Assembly (NCBI GenBank): GCA_964520905.1
Contig: CAZFQL010000002.1
Span: 134,450-198,449, forward strand
DNA: 64,000 nt
Reading direction: 5' to 3'
DNA from: an uncultured Chlorobiaceae bacterium
GTDB lineage: Bacteria; Bacteroidota; Ignavibacteria; UBA10030; SZUA-254
The notes beneath the pieces are model-generated. The model worked only from the letters and a program-made list of their open reading frames with translations. It ran no database searches and was not told where the DNA came from. Position numbers and translations under genes: made by a program. This document shows positions 51,008-60,577 of the stretch, piece by piece (the first letter of the stretch is position 1; each line of letters opens with the position of its first letter).

Positions 51008-52075
51008 TCAATACTCCTTCTGTTGCTCTTCCTCTTTGAGAACACGCAAAGCTCCTTGCGCCAGCGAAAGCATTTCATCCTCACCGGGATAAACAAGGAT
51101 TGGTGCAATGAAACGAATACGTTCCTCTATCCACCCAACCAGCATCTTTGATTTTGCTATACCACCGGTAATAACAATCGCATTCACTTTTCCATTAAGT
51201 ACAGCAGCCATTGCCCCAATTTCTTTTGAAATTTGATATGCCATCGCCTGGAATACTTCTTTAGCCGTCTCATCGCCCTGCGAGATTCGTTGTTCAACTT
51301 CAAGGATTGAGTTAGTTCCAAGGTATGCAACCATTCCGCCCTTTCCCATTACCAACTTTCGAATTTCATCTTCTTTGTAGTCACCTGAGAAACAAAGGGA
51401 AATAAACTGCTGAAGCGGTAACCCGCCGGTTCGCTCTGGTGAAAACGGACCATCGCTTGAAGCATCATTGACGTCGATTATTTTCCCGCCACGAACGGGA
51501 GCTATCGATATCCCTCCTCCCAGATGGCAGATCACCATCGAAGACTGAGAAAGAGATATTTTCAACTCTGCCGCTCCACGCCGTGCAGCCGCATGTATGC
51601 TCAGGGCATGGGAAAGACATTTACGTTTGATTATCGGGTGTCCCGAATAAAATGCCAACGGTTCAAATTCATCGACAGAAACAGGATCGACAACAAAAGC
51701 CGTGCAATTGTATTTTGATGCAATATCATAAGCAAGCGCACAACCGAGGTTCGAGGCATGCTCACCCTGTAAATTTGCCCGCGCATCTTTCAACATCCGA
51801 TCATTAACAAGATAAGTACCTCCTTGAAGCGGACGGAGCAACCCGCCCATCGCAACAACAGCCGAACATTCACTCATTCGCTGTGATGCCCATTCTTCAC
51901 ACAACTTTAAGCGATAGGGGTATTGCTCCCAAATATTCTTAAATTTTTGGATATCTTCGGCGGAATGGATAATTATATCGCGCTCTCTGATAGTATCATT
52001 TTCACAAAGTGCGACTTTGGTAGAAGTAGAGCCGGGATTTACAGCAAGAATTGTAAAATGCGTTTGCATCAACAA
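51008..52075 (-). CDS. buk: Butyrate kinase
   Basis: ILAVNPGSTSTKVAL N-terminus and ASKHGGD-type acetate/butyrate kinase fold, 355 aa. Confidence 0.85.
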   Translation of the reverse strand: MLMQTHFTILAVNPGSTSTKVALCENDTIRERDIIIHSAEDIQKFKNIWEQYPYRLKLCEEWASQRMSECSAVVAMGGLLRPLQGGTYLVNDRMLKDARANLQGEHASNLGCALAYDIASKYNCTAFVVDPVSVDEFEPLAFYSGHPIIKRKCLSHALSIHAAARRGAAELKISLSQSSMVICHLGGGISIAPVRGGKIIDVNDASSDGPFSPERTGGLPLQQFISLCFSGDYKEDEIRKLVMGKGGMVAYLGTNSILEVEQRISQGDETAKEVFQAMAYQISKEIGAMAAVLNGKVNAIVITGGIAKSKMLVGWIEERIRFIAPILVYPGEDEMLSLAQGALRVLKEEEQQKEY

Positions 52076-53557
52076 TTATTGCATTTTGTGTTCCTGTTCA
52101 GCTTTTTCAATGACATTGTCATTCCCTTTACCGTCGAGTTTTGAAAGCAAATATTTGTGAATGTTCTCTGCCGCAATCTTACCATCTCTCATTGCAAGAA
52201 TAACGGTTGCACCGCCGCGCGTAAGATCACCGCCCGCGAAAATACCCTCACGGCTCGTCAATTGAATATCATTCACTACAATCGTTCCACGCTTGCTGAC
52301 ATCCAACCCGGATGTAGTCGTTTGTATAATCGGATTCGGCTTTTGGCCAACCGCTTCAATAATAGTTTGAACAGGAATGACATACTCAGACCCTTTTATC
52401 GGAATCGGTTTGCGACGACCAGATTCATCCGGTTCACCAAGTTCCATCTTCTGACATTCAATTCCGGTAACCCATCCGTTTGCATCACCAATAATGCGGA
52501 TAGGGTTGGTTAGCATTACGAACTCGACCCCTTCCTCTTCAGCATGATGTACTTCCTCTTCACGTGCCGGCATTTCCTTGCGAGATCGACGATAGATGAG
52601 ATACGCTTTCTTAGCACCGAGTCGGAGTGAAGTACGTACCGCATCCATTGCTGTGTTTCCACCGCCGATTACAGCTATTTCTTTTCCAACTTTTATAGGA
52701 GTATCCGAATCAGGAAATTGATACGCCTTCATCAAATTGATGCGGGTTAAATATTCATTCGCCGAGTATACACCGCTTAAACTTTCACCGGGAATTCCCA
52801 TAAAGGTTGGAGTTCCGGCACCCGTGCCAAGGAATATTGCACCGAATCCCCATTCATTAAACAACTCGTCAATCGTAGCAGTGCGACCAATGACAAAGTT
52901 AGGGTATATTTCAACACCCAGAGACTTGATTCGGTCAGTTTCTAAATCAAGAATTGTACGTGGTAAACGAAACTCCGGAATACCATACCTCAATACACCC
53001 CCCACAGCATGGAGTGCCTCAAATATTGTTACCTTATAACCGAGCTTGGCAAGCTCTGCTGCACAAGTCAAACCCGCAGGTCCGGAACCAACGATTGCGA
53101 CTTTCTGATCAAGATGTTCTGTAATAACCGGCGCAACAAAAAGATTATGAGCCAGCTCATAATCGGCAACGAACCGTTCCAACTTACCAATGGCAACCGG
53201 ATCATGCTTCTTCCCCAGAGTACACACAATCTCGCATTGACTTTCTTGCGGGCAAACGCGACCACAAATTGCCGGTAAGTAATTCGCTTCACGGATTTTA
53301 TTAACTGCACCAATGTAATCTTTCTGGAGTATAAGCTGGATGAATGTACGAATATCGATTGTAACCGGGCATCCTTCAATGCACACAGGATTTTTACATT
53401 CAAGACAGCGTTTTGCTTCTATTAGCGCGCGCTCTTCATCCAAACCGGAGGAGACTTCAAGAAAATTTTTGTTCCGATCTTCCGGGGTTTGCTCGATTGA
53501 TGATTGGCGAGGAAGCTTCATTCTCTCAGAGGGCTTCATGGGGTTAACGTTATTCAT
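52076..53557 (-). CDS. nfnB: NfnB-like (GltD-family) subunit of NADH-dependent reduced ferredoxin:NADP+ oxidoreductase / sulfide dehydrogenase alpha
   Basis: Two N-terminal Cys clusters (CLECKNPVCIEGCP) and IVGSGPAGLTCAAELAKLG FAD/NAD motifs. Start set at MNNVNP (RBS GGGAGGTGG), giving an ATGA overlap with nfnA. Confidence 0.75.
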   Translation of the reverse strand: MNNVNPMKPSERMKLPRQSSIEQTPEDRNKNFLEVSSGLDEERALIEAKRCLECKNPVCIEGCPVTIDIRTFIQLILQKDYIGAVNKIREANYLPAICGRVCPQESQCEIVCTLGKKHDPVAIGKLERFVADYELAHNLFVAPVITEHLDQKVAIVGSGPAGLTCAAELAKLGYKVTIFEALHAVGGVLRYGIPEFRLPRTILDLETDRIKSLGVEIYPNFVIGRTATIDELFNEWGFGAIFLGTGAGTPTFMGIPGESLSGVYSANEYLTRINLMKAYQFPDSDTPIKVGKEIAVIGGGNTAMDAVRTSLRLGAKKAYLIYRRSRKEMPAREEEVHHAEEEGVEFVMLTNPIRIIGDANGWVTGIECQKMELGEPDESGRRKPIPIKGSEYVIPVQTIIEAVGQKPNPIIQTTTSGLDVSKRGTIVVNDIQLTSREGIFAGGDLTRGGATVILAMRDGKIAAENIHKYLLSKLDGKGNDNVIEKAEQEHKMQ

Positions 53558-54408
53558 CGTCCACCTCCCGCTGCATCTGCAAGCAGTAACAGCTTGCACC
53601 GCTCTTCAGATATTTTTTCAAGATCAACATATGTTCTATTTCTCATAATCAATTCATCAAAATCTACAAGATGAGCGTCAAATTCCGGTCCATCAACACA
53701 GGCAAATTTCATTTGCCCACCTATCGATACACGACACCCGCCGCACATTCCTGTTCCATCAACCATAATAGCATTTAAACTCACAAGTGTTTTTGTTCCA
53801 TATATTTTTGTCAGATTTGAAACTGCTTTCATCATTGGAAGCGGGCCAATTGCATACACAGCATGAATATCCTTCTTCGTGTCAAGCAAATCTTTCAAAG
53901 GGTCGGTAACGATACCTTTCCGACCATACGATCCGTCATCGGTTGTTACAAAGCTTTCTTTAGAAAGCGCTGCCATTTCATTTTCAAGTATGATCAAATC
54001 TTTCGATCTCGCCCCCACTATACTATAAATCGTATTTCCGGCATCCTTTAACGCACGAGCAATTGGAAAAACTTCAGCAGTTCCAACACCTCCGCCGATG
54101 CAAACTGCTGCACCATGATTCTCTATCGGTGTCGGCATGCCAAGTGGTCCTACAACATCCAATATAGAATCGCCTACCTTCTTCGTCGCAAGCAGCTTAG
54201 TTGTTTTTCCGATTGCTTGAACGATTATTGTGATTGTACCGGCAGAAATATCGCTATCGACAATTGTGATTGGGATGCGCTCACCATTCTCAACAACCCG
54301 AAGCATTATAAAGTTACCCGCTTTACGCTTCCGGGCGATAAATGGGGCTTTAATTACGTATTTCGTTAATGTAGGTGAAAGTATTTCTTTTTCAATAATT
54401 GGAAACAT
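53554..54408 (-). CDS. nfnA: NfnA-like (PyrK-family FAD/[2Fe-2S]) subunit
   Basis: PyrK-like ferredoxin-NADP reductase fold with C-terminal CGGCRV [2Fe-2S] cysteines. Confidence 0.75.
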   Translation of the reverse strand: MFPIIEKEILSPTLTKYVIKAPFIARKRKAGNFIMLRVVENGERIPITIVDSDISAGTITIIVQAIGKTTKLLATKKVGDSILDVVGPLGMPTPIENHGAAVCIGGGVGTAEVFPIARALKDAGNTIYSIVGARSKDLIILENEMAALSKESFVTTDDGSYGRKGIVTDPLKDLLDTKKDIHAVYAIGPLPMMKAVSNLTKIYGTKTLVSLNAIMVDGTGMCGGCRVSIGGQMKFACVDGPEFDAHLVDFDELIMRNRTYVDLEKISEERCKLLLLADAAGGGR

Positions 54409-54489
54409 TATTTCTCCGAAAATTTTACCATATAATATACCACTTTTTTAAAAACTTACCTAACATTATCCGCTTTTTTTCAGTGAGAA

Positions 54490-55035
54490 CTAATTTACTG
54501 AGATAATATCTTTTCGAAGCTGCTCATATTCTTCTGATCGCAATACACGCTTCACCATCGGAAAGAGGATTGTATTTTCTTTGATGATATGATTCCTAAA
54601 CTTTTCAACAACCTCTTGGGAGGATCGGATAAGCTCACGAATTGTTGTTCCATGTATCCGACCATCTTCAACATCTTTAATAGATGCTATCAGCTCGTTG
54701 AATGCCTGCCAGATTTCCCGGCGTTCGTGCCTCATTATATTGGGGGATTCAAAGATGTGTTTATCCAACAACGGGAAAAGGAATTTTTCTTCTTTATCAC
54801 TATGTTTACGCATTTCAGTTGATATATAAGATGTGGCGTTTGTCAGGTCTTGAAATGCTCGCCCAGAAAATCCATGCAATTGAATTGACTCGATAGAATC
54901 TGTTATGACCGAAAGCTTCTCTATTGCTTCACCATGTTCTTTCATTAATACTTCGATCGGGTCATCACATTGCATTCGGGATTCCTCAATTACCGATCTC
55001 TTATTTACTGCCTGAACTTTATCTTTCATCTTCAC
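54490..55035 (-). CDS. Hemerythrin-like (HHE cation-binding) domain protein
   Basis: Repeated H...E spacing (HGEAIEKL, HSDKEEKFLFP, HERREIW, HIIKENTILFP). Confidence 0.55.
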   Translation of the reverse strand: MKMKDKVQAVNKRSVIEESRMQCDDPIEVLMKEHGEAIEKLSVITDSIESIQLHGFSGRAFQDLTNATSYISTEMRKHSDKEEKFLFPLLDKHIFESPNIMRHERREIWQAFNELIASIKDVEDGRIHGTTIRELIRSSQEVVEKFRNHIIKENTILFPMVKRVLRSEEYEQLRKDIISVN

Positions 55036-55063
55036 TATGGATTGATCAACTATTATATAACCG

Positions 55064-55090
55064 ATAGAGTAACATCAATTGGTGTGCCAG
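55064..55090 (+). repeat. Left copy of exact 27 bp direct repeat ATAGAGTAACATCAATTGGTGTGCCAG
   Basis: Identical 27-mer at 57722..57748. Lies in the intergenic region upstream of the hemerythrin gene. Confidence 0.9.
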
Positions 55091-55416
55091 TATAAAAATG
55101 AATTATTTTGAGAAAAGATTTTATTGACTTTGATATTTCTTGATAAAAAGTGGAAACGTACATCGGCAAAATCCATTTCAAGGTCGACGCTTCTCATGGG
55201 TGAAAATATGGATCAGTATTAAATCTCAGAGGTGATAACAGTTCAATATTCTCTGGAAATGGTGTAAAACAAGCATTTCGGAGTAATCACCCAATACTTT
55301 TACCGAAGCTATTTTAGTTTTTAAAATATTTGTTGACATTGAAGTGGTATTTTCTTACCCTTACTTAAACAGTTAATTAGAAAGTTCTACAGGGTAAATA
55401 TTTCGTCAAACTATTA

Positions 55417-56532
55417 TTGGAAGTTGTAATGAAACATATTAATTTTTTTCTAACATTGTTGCTCGTAGTTCTCGGTTGGAGTTGTCAACAAGCTCAGGAG
55501 GGTACTACCGATCCGGGAACAATCAATAAGATGGGCAAAGTCTCAATCTCAATTTCTCAAGCGCCCGATGAAATTACAAATGTGATAGCAACACTATCTC
55601 GCCCCAATTTTGAAGATCAGATTTTAATCTTATCAATCTCAGATTCAGGTCAAGGTGCATCGGGTGAATTCACAGATATACCGATAGGAATGTGGCACTT
55701 AAAGGTTGATGCGAAAGATAATCTTGGTATAGTTCGATACAGCGGGGAGACAAGTATAGAAATTTTTCCTGGGCAAACATCGGTTGTTGATTTAGAGTTA
55801 CTACCGACAACCGGAAATATTAAGATTCATGTAACATGGGGAACGAGATGTACTCCACCGCCTTCCGGACTCGTCAGTTGGTGGCCCGGAGATGGAACGG
55901 CGGTTGATATTGTTGATTCAAATAATGGAACAGTGATGAATGGTGCATCGTTTGCTCAGGGAAAAGTTGGGAAAGCTTTTCTGCTTGATGGTATAAATGA
56001 TTACGTGCAGATTCCCCATTCAGCTAAACTAAATCCCACTGGCAACTTTACTGTAGATGCATGGATATATCCAACGAGAGATGCACATGCAACTGTAATC
56101 GGTAAGTGGGGTGATCGTCTGGACTGGAGCAATCAACGGGCGTGGGTTTTAGCCGTTCGTCCAAATAGAAGAGTTGAATTTAGTATCTCAGATTCTTTAC
56201 ATCAAAGCGATTCATCATTTCATATTTTCAAGACTCCAGTAGGCACTATTGAACTTAATCAATGGAATCACATTGCAGGGGTTTATAATAAAATAACAGG
56301 ATCACGCAGAATTTACATCAATGGTGTAAAAATTTCAGAGCGCGTGGATCAATCCATAACCATTTTTAAAAGCATCGCAGATGTATCCATAGGCGTAGAA
56401 TTATATTCTCCATATAGTTCTGATTATTTCTTCCCAGGTCTTATCGATGAGGTAGATTTCTACAATAAAGCTCTAACAGGAGGGGAAATACGGGCAGTTT
56501 ATTCTGCCGGTTCGTCTGGCAAGTGTAGATAA
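55417..56532 (+). CDS. Lipoprotein with C-terminal LamG/concanavalin-A-like lectin domain
   Basis: Lipobox LVVLGWSC. C-terminal GKAFLLDGINDYVQIPH...FTVDAWIYP...WNHIAGVY is typical of the Laminin-G_3 jelly-roll. Confidence 0.5.
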   Translation: MEVVMKHINFFLTLLLVVLGWSCQQAQEGTTDPGTINKMGKVSISISQAPDEITNVIATLSRPNFEDQILILSISDSGQGASGEFTDIPIGMWHLKVDAKDNLGIVRYSGETSIEIFPGQTSVVDLELLPTTGNIKIHVTWGTRCTPPPSGLVSWWPGDGTAVDIVDSNNGTVMNGASFAQGKVGKAFLLDGINDYVQIPHSAKLNPTGNFTVDAWIYPTRDAHATVIGKWGDRLDWSNQRAWVLAVRPNRRVEFSISDSLHQSDSSFHIFKTPVGTIELNQWNHIAGVYNKITGSRRIYINGVKISERVDQSITIFKSIADVSIGVELYSPYSSDYFFPGLIDEVDFYNKALTGGEIRAVYSAGSSGKCR

Positions 56533-56863
56533 GTTAAAATCTTTTTTACTATCTGGTCGTTTGAAGAGTATCGGGGTTTTAGTAAGAATATTATCTTAGT
56601 GTGTCACAAGTAAATTAAGAATCTTGCGACAATAAGATATTTTTTTACATCGGATAATCTTCAGGAGGTAGGGCTTTTGCTCGAAGCAAAAAGGAGGGAA
56701 TGAGTGTAACCTATCTATGATAAAATGTATTCACATTCATTATAGTTGTTAAAAACTTTTCTTTGAAAATGCTCTATAAATTTTTATATTAGTTAAATTT
56801 TTTTCGGTCATGATTATTATCAAATTCATCAACACTTAAATTCTGATTTCAAGATAAGATTGA

Positions 56864-57730
56864 ATGTCTGCTGCTATTCGTGATAAGATTATTCGCAATA
56901 CCCTATATTCAATTGTAGGGCGAATTTGGACGATCTTAATTGGATTAGTGCTCATTCCATACATCATTAATATGATCGGTGTCGACCGTTTTGGTGTTTG
57001 GTCCTTACTATCAATTAAACAGGTTATTTCGCCCTTTTAGATTTTGGGATCGGTGTTTCCTATACTAGATTTATTGCCGAAGCATATGCACGAAATAATT
57101 TTTTCGAGATCAATCGCATTGTTAATTCTGGGTTTGTGTTTTATATTTTAATATCGTTTCCTCTTCTATTAATTAGCTATTATTGCCGAGAAATTCTATT
57201 CTCTTTTTTACAGGTTGATGCTCAGATGATTCCTGATGCTATTATTGCTTATTATGGTGTATTGATAATATTTTTACTTTCTGCTGTTATGAGCGGTTTA
57301 CTCTGTTCTTCTAGGAATTCAAAGAATTGATATAACAAATAAGATCGCCGTTTTAGTCACGATACCTAACACCATTACTACAGTTTATTTCCTCCAGAGT
57401 GGATTAAAGTTGAATGGTTTGTTGTGGGCAAATTGTGTTTCCACATTATGTGGTTTGGGTTTGTCGATTTATTATTCAAAAAAATGTTTACCTTCTCTGC
57501 GATTTAATCCAATTATGTTTTCATGGCAAACAATAAGCAAACTGCTTCCTTTCGGTTTAAAATTACAATTTGCAAAAATTGCCGACATAATCACTTTCCA
57601 AACTGATAGAGCTTTTGTTTCCTATTTTACTGGTGTTAATTCAGTAACCTATTATCATTTAGGTTCACAACTTAACTGGCGGATTCGTGACGTTCCATTA
57701 TTGCTGCTAACGTCGTTATCTATAGAGTAA
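56864..57730 (+). pseudogene. Wzx-type flippase pseudogene (at least two frameshifts, C-terminally truncated at the direct repeat)
   Basis: The ORF track gives fragments at 57136..57330 and 57410..57730. Fragments MSAAIRDKIIRNTLYSIVGRIWTILIGLVLIPYIINMIGVDRFGVWSLLS and LDFGIGVSYTRFIAEAYARNNFFEINRIVNSGFVFYILISFPLL and GLKLNGLLWANCVS... lie in three frames. The sequence ends at about 290 aa against an intact length near 470. Confidence 0.6.
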
Positions 57731-57748
57731 CATCAATTGGTGTGCCAG
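57722..57748 (+). repeat. Right copy of exact 27 bp direct repeat
   Basis: Identical to 55064..55090. Overlaps the stop of the flippase pseudogene. Confidence 0.9.
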
Positions 57749-57898
57749 CAAGAAATTAAATCTATTATTTAGAAGTTTCAACTGACTTCCAAATCCTTAT
57801 CAAAATGGAAGGCATATCGATTTACAGACCTTAATGTGTTGAATAGTTCTCAGGCATGAAAAATTCGTTGGGTATTAACTCTCAGACATGATAACAAG

Positions 57899-59836
57899 TT
57901 AATAAGGCGAAATTAAAACCATTTTCCCGGTTACTTGCTTGTTTGATGTTTGCATCCTATAAAAATAAACGCCGGAAGGGAATCCGCCTGCATTCCAGAC
58001 GGCAGTATAATTTCCCATCGTCTTTACTTCATCGCACAAAGTTACAACTTTCTGACCAAGAACGTTGTATACTACCAATTTCACTCTGGTTCTGCTGGGA
58101 ACATGATAATCAATCCGTGTACTCACTTTGAACGGGTTCGGATAATTCTGGCTTAAGGAAAAATCCGAATATATTTCTTCAAGTATGTTACGAAGGATCC
58201 ACTCTCCTGGATCTAATTGAACTTCAGTAACAGTATGGGATACTGGAACATAAAATATTTGTTCCGTGGAATTATTGAAAACGGTAACCGTTGTGTCCCA
58301 TCCTTCACCGATTAGTTTTAAATCAATCGGCATCGTGAAGAACGCGAGATTTGTCGTATTCATTGTTTGCTTGATCGTTACGGCTATGGTATTCTGGCTC
58401 TGTGCATTGTCAACATGCCATCCCAATGAATAGTGTGGGAAATTCTCGCCATATATCCACTCATCAAAAAAATAACCAAGATCTTTGCCGCTGACATATT
58501 CACAAACCGATCTAAAATCTTTTGTCTCCGCGGTGCCATATTTTAAAGACGTATGATTTGCATATTCGTACATGGAATTAAAAAACACGGTGTCGCCTAA
58601 TACATGACGAAGCATATGTAGAACAGAAGCGCCTTTTGAATAAACCAGTCTGCCGTCAAATAGGTTTCTCACTACAGCAGTATCTTTTACATAAACACTC
58701 CCGACTGCCAGCCGTGCGTTACTCAATTGATTTCTCATGTAGTTCCAATATTCTCTTTCGCCGTATTTCTTCTCTAAATATAATGCAGTTGCATACTGTG
58801 CAAATCCTTCATTTAGCCACAAGTCCGACCAAGTTCTGCATGTGATCATATCCCCAAACCATTGATGCGCAAGCTCGTGGGCAATCGTGTTCTCCTCATA
58901 AGTTGTTGTTGATGTCATTGTCTGGTGTTCCATCGCACCTCCTCTTCCAAAATCGGCATGGCCATACTTTTCTTTGATGAACGGATATAAACCAAACAGG
59001 TCAGAGAAGATTTTTAACATATCTATCGTTTTCGGAAGTTCAGACAGTGCAGAAGAAAGACGCTCAGGAATGACATAATTCAGTATCTCCATTGAGTCTG
59101 TAGGACTGTAATGAAACCAATTAGAGAATTGCTGATAATTTGTAATTGCAATCGAAATAAGGTATGAGGCAATCGGATAGCGTTCTTGCCAGTAGTGCGT
59201 TTTCGTTCCATCTCCGTTGTTTATCACCGCAAAAAGTTTTCCGTTCGATCCGACTTTGAATGAAGAATCACAAGTAACCGTTATATCTGCCGAGTCCGCT
59301 TTATCAGATGGATGATCTTTACACGGAAACCAATCGCGCGCACCATAAGGTTCACTCAACGACCAAACCCAGGGAACATCTGAGTGCATACCGAACATGA
59401 AACTTCCAAAGCCGGTTCCAACGGGTAATCCTTGATAATATATCTCAATTTTTAATTTCATGTCAGCCGGATATATGACATCCAAATTAACATCTAACGA
59501 TGCGGGCTGTTGAACGAATGTATATAATATCCCATCTACTTTCACCGAATCTACATGCAGAGAGTTCATTAGATCGAATGTTAATATTGTAGAAACCGGC
59601 TCCCGACATATACCTTCGATTGTAACTATGCCTTTGAGATGCTGTGGGCTTGTGATTACTGTAAGATTCAAACCGTAGTATGTAACATCAAACCATGAAC
59701 TTGCGATACTGTTTTGCTTTTGAATTGAAAGATGTTTTTCGTGCTGGTTTATTTCAGATTGAAATAATTCTTTTTCTTGTCCGATAGATGGTTTTGAATA
59801 ACAAAGGAGAATCCCAATGACAAATAATCTGAACAT
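57899..59836 (-). CDS. M1-family zinc aminopeptidase with T9SS C-terminal sorting domain
   Basis: Signal peptide. GAMEHQTM (GxMEN) and HELAHQWFGD...WLNEGFAQY (HExxH-x18-E). C-terminal NYPNPF...GVYFYRM...KMVLISPY CTD. Confidence 0.85.
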   Translation of the reverse strand: MFRLFVIGILLCYSKPSIGQEKELFQSEINQHEKHLSIQKQNSIASSWFDVTYYGLNLTVITSPQHLKGIVTIEGICREPVSTILTFDLMNSLHVDSVKVDGILYTFVQQPASLDVNLDVIYPADMKLKIEIYYQGLPVGTGFGSFMFGMHSDVPWVWSLSEPYGARDWFPCKDHPSDKADSADITVTCDSSFKVGSNGKLFAVINNGDGTKTHYWQERYPIASYLISIAITNYQQFSNWFHYSPTDSMEILNYVIPERLSSALSELPKTIDMLKIFSDLFGLYPFIKEKYGHADFGRGGAMEHQTMTSTTTYEENTIAHELAHQWFGDMITCRTWSDLWLNEGFAQYATALYLEKKYGEREYWNYMRNQLSNARLAVGSVYVKDTAVVRNLFDGRLVYSKGASVLHMLRHVLGDTVFFNSMYEYANHTSLKYGTAETKDFRSVCEYVSGKDLGYFFDEWIYGENFPHYSLGWHVDNAQSQNTIAVTIKQTMNTTNLAFFTMPIDLKLIGEGWDTTVTVFNNSTEQIFYVPVSHTVTEVQLDPGEWILRNILEEIYSDFSLSQNYPNPFKVSTRIDYHVPSRTRVKLVVYNVLGQKVVTLCDEVKTMGNYTAVWNAGGFPSGVYFYRMQTSNKQVTGKMVLISPY

Positions 59837-59888
59837 CGTGTTAGCGAATTCTCCTTCTAAAATAATCCGGTATTTAGATAAAGATTGT

Positions 59889-60398
59889 TTATTTTTTTTC
59901 CGTCTTCTCTAATAATCTTTTTCTTGTATATGCAATCAAACCGCCTGCATCAACAATTGCTTGCCTGGCTTTGGGTAGCGGTTCAATTGGAAAAGTTTTG
60001 CCTTTTGTTACATTCACAACTTTATCTGATAGGATTTCTAACTCATCCCCTTCTGTGGCTTCAACTGTTGGACAAACAACCGTTTTCAATCCAAGATTTA
60101 CTGAATTCTGGAGAAAGATTCGCGCAAATCCCTTTGCGACAATAACAATTTCATAACCTTTGATTGTTGATACTGCCTGCTCACGCGATGAGCCACAGCC
60201 AAAGTTCGCGCCGGCAACGATAACACTGCCTTGCGGAATTTCCTTGTTCTTCAACCGTTTATTCAGTTCAGTCATATCCGCAAAACAGTACTGCGGTGTT
60301 TCGGTTGGAAGAACTGTTGCCATGAATCTGCCGGGATAAATTATATCTGTTGAAATATCGTTTGGCATTAATGCAACAACTTTTGATGTGTTCGGCAT
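59889..60398 (-). CDS. leuD: 3-isopropylmalate/(methyl)malate dehydratase small subunit, short LeuD type
   Basis: 169 aa aconitase swivel-domain protein. Downstream of the LeuC-like gene. Confidence 0.7.
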   Translation of the reverse strand: MPNTSKVVALMPNDISTDIIYPGRFMATVLPTETPQYCFADMTELNKRLKNKEIPQGSVIVAGANFGCGSSREQAVSTIKGYEIVIVAKGFARIFLQNSVNLGLKTVVCPTVEATEGDELEILSDKVVNVTKGKTFPIEPLPKARQAIVDAGGLIAYTRKRLLEKTEKK

Positions 60399-60577
60399 AA
60401 CAATTCCTTTCTCGAATTTATAAGTCCCGTAGAGACGATATATTTATAGAAATATCCAAAATAGTTTCATTAGCCCCATCGGGGCGACACATTGACGTAC
60501 CGCTCCTACGGAGCTTAATACATTTTTCATTTTATATCTATATACATATTACTCCTATCGGAGTAAAATAGATTTAT

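Noticed and set aside
55064-57748. 27 bp direct repeats as IS/transposon target-site duplications
   Set aside because: 27 bp is far longer than typical target-site duplications. No transposase or inverted terminal repeats lie between them. Left as a recombination or att-like scar.
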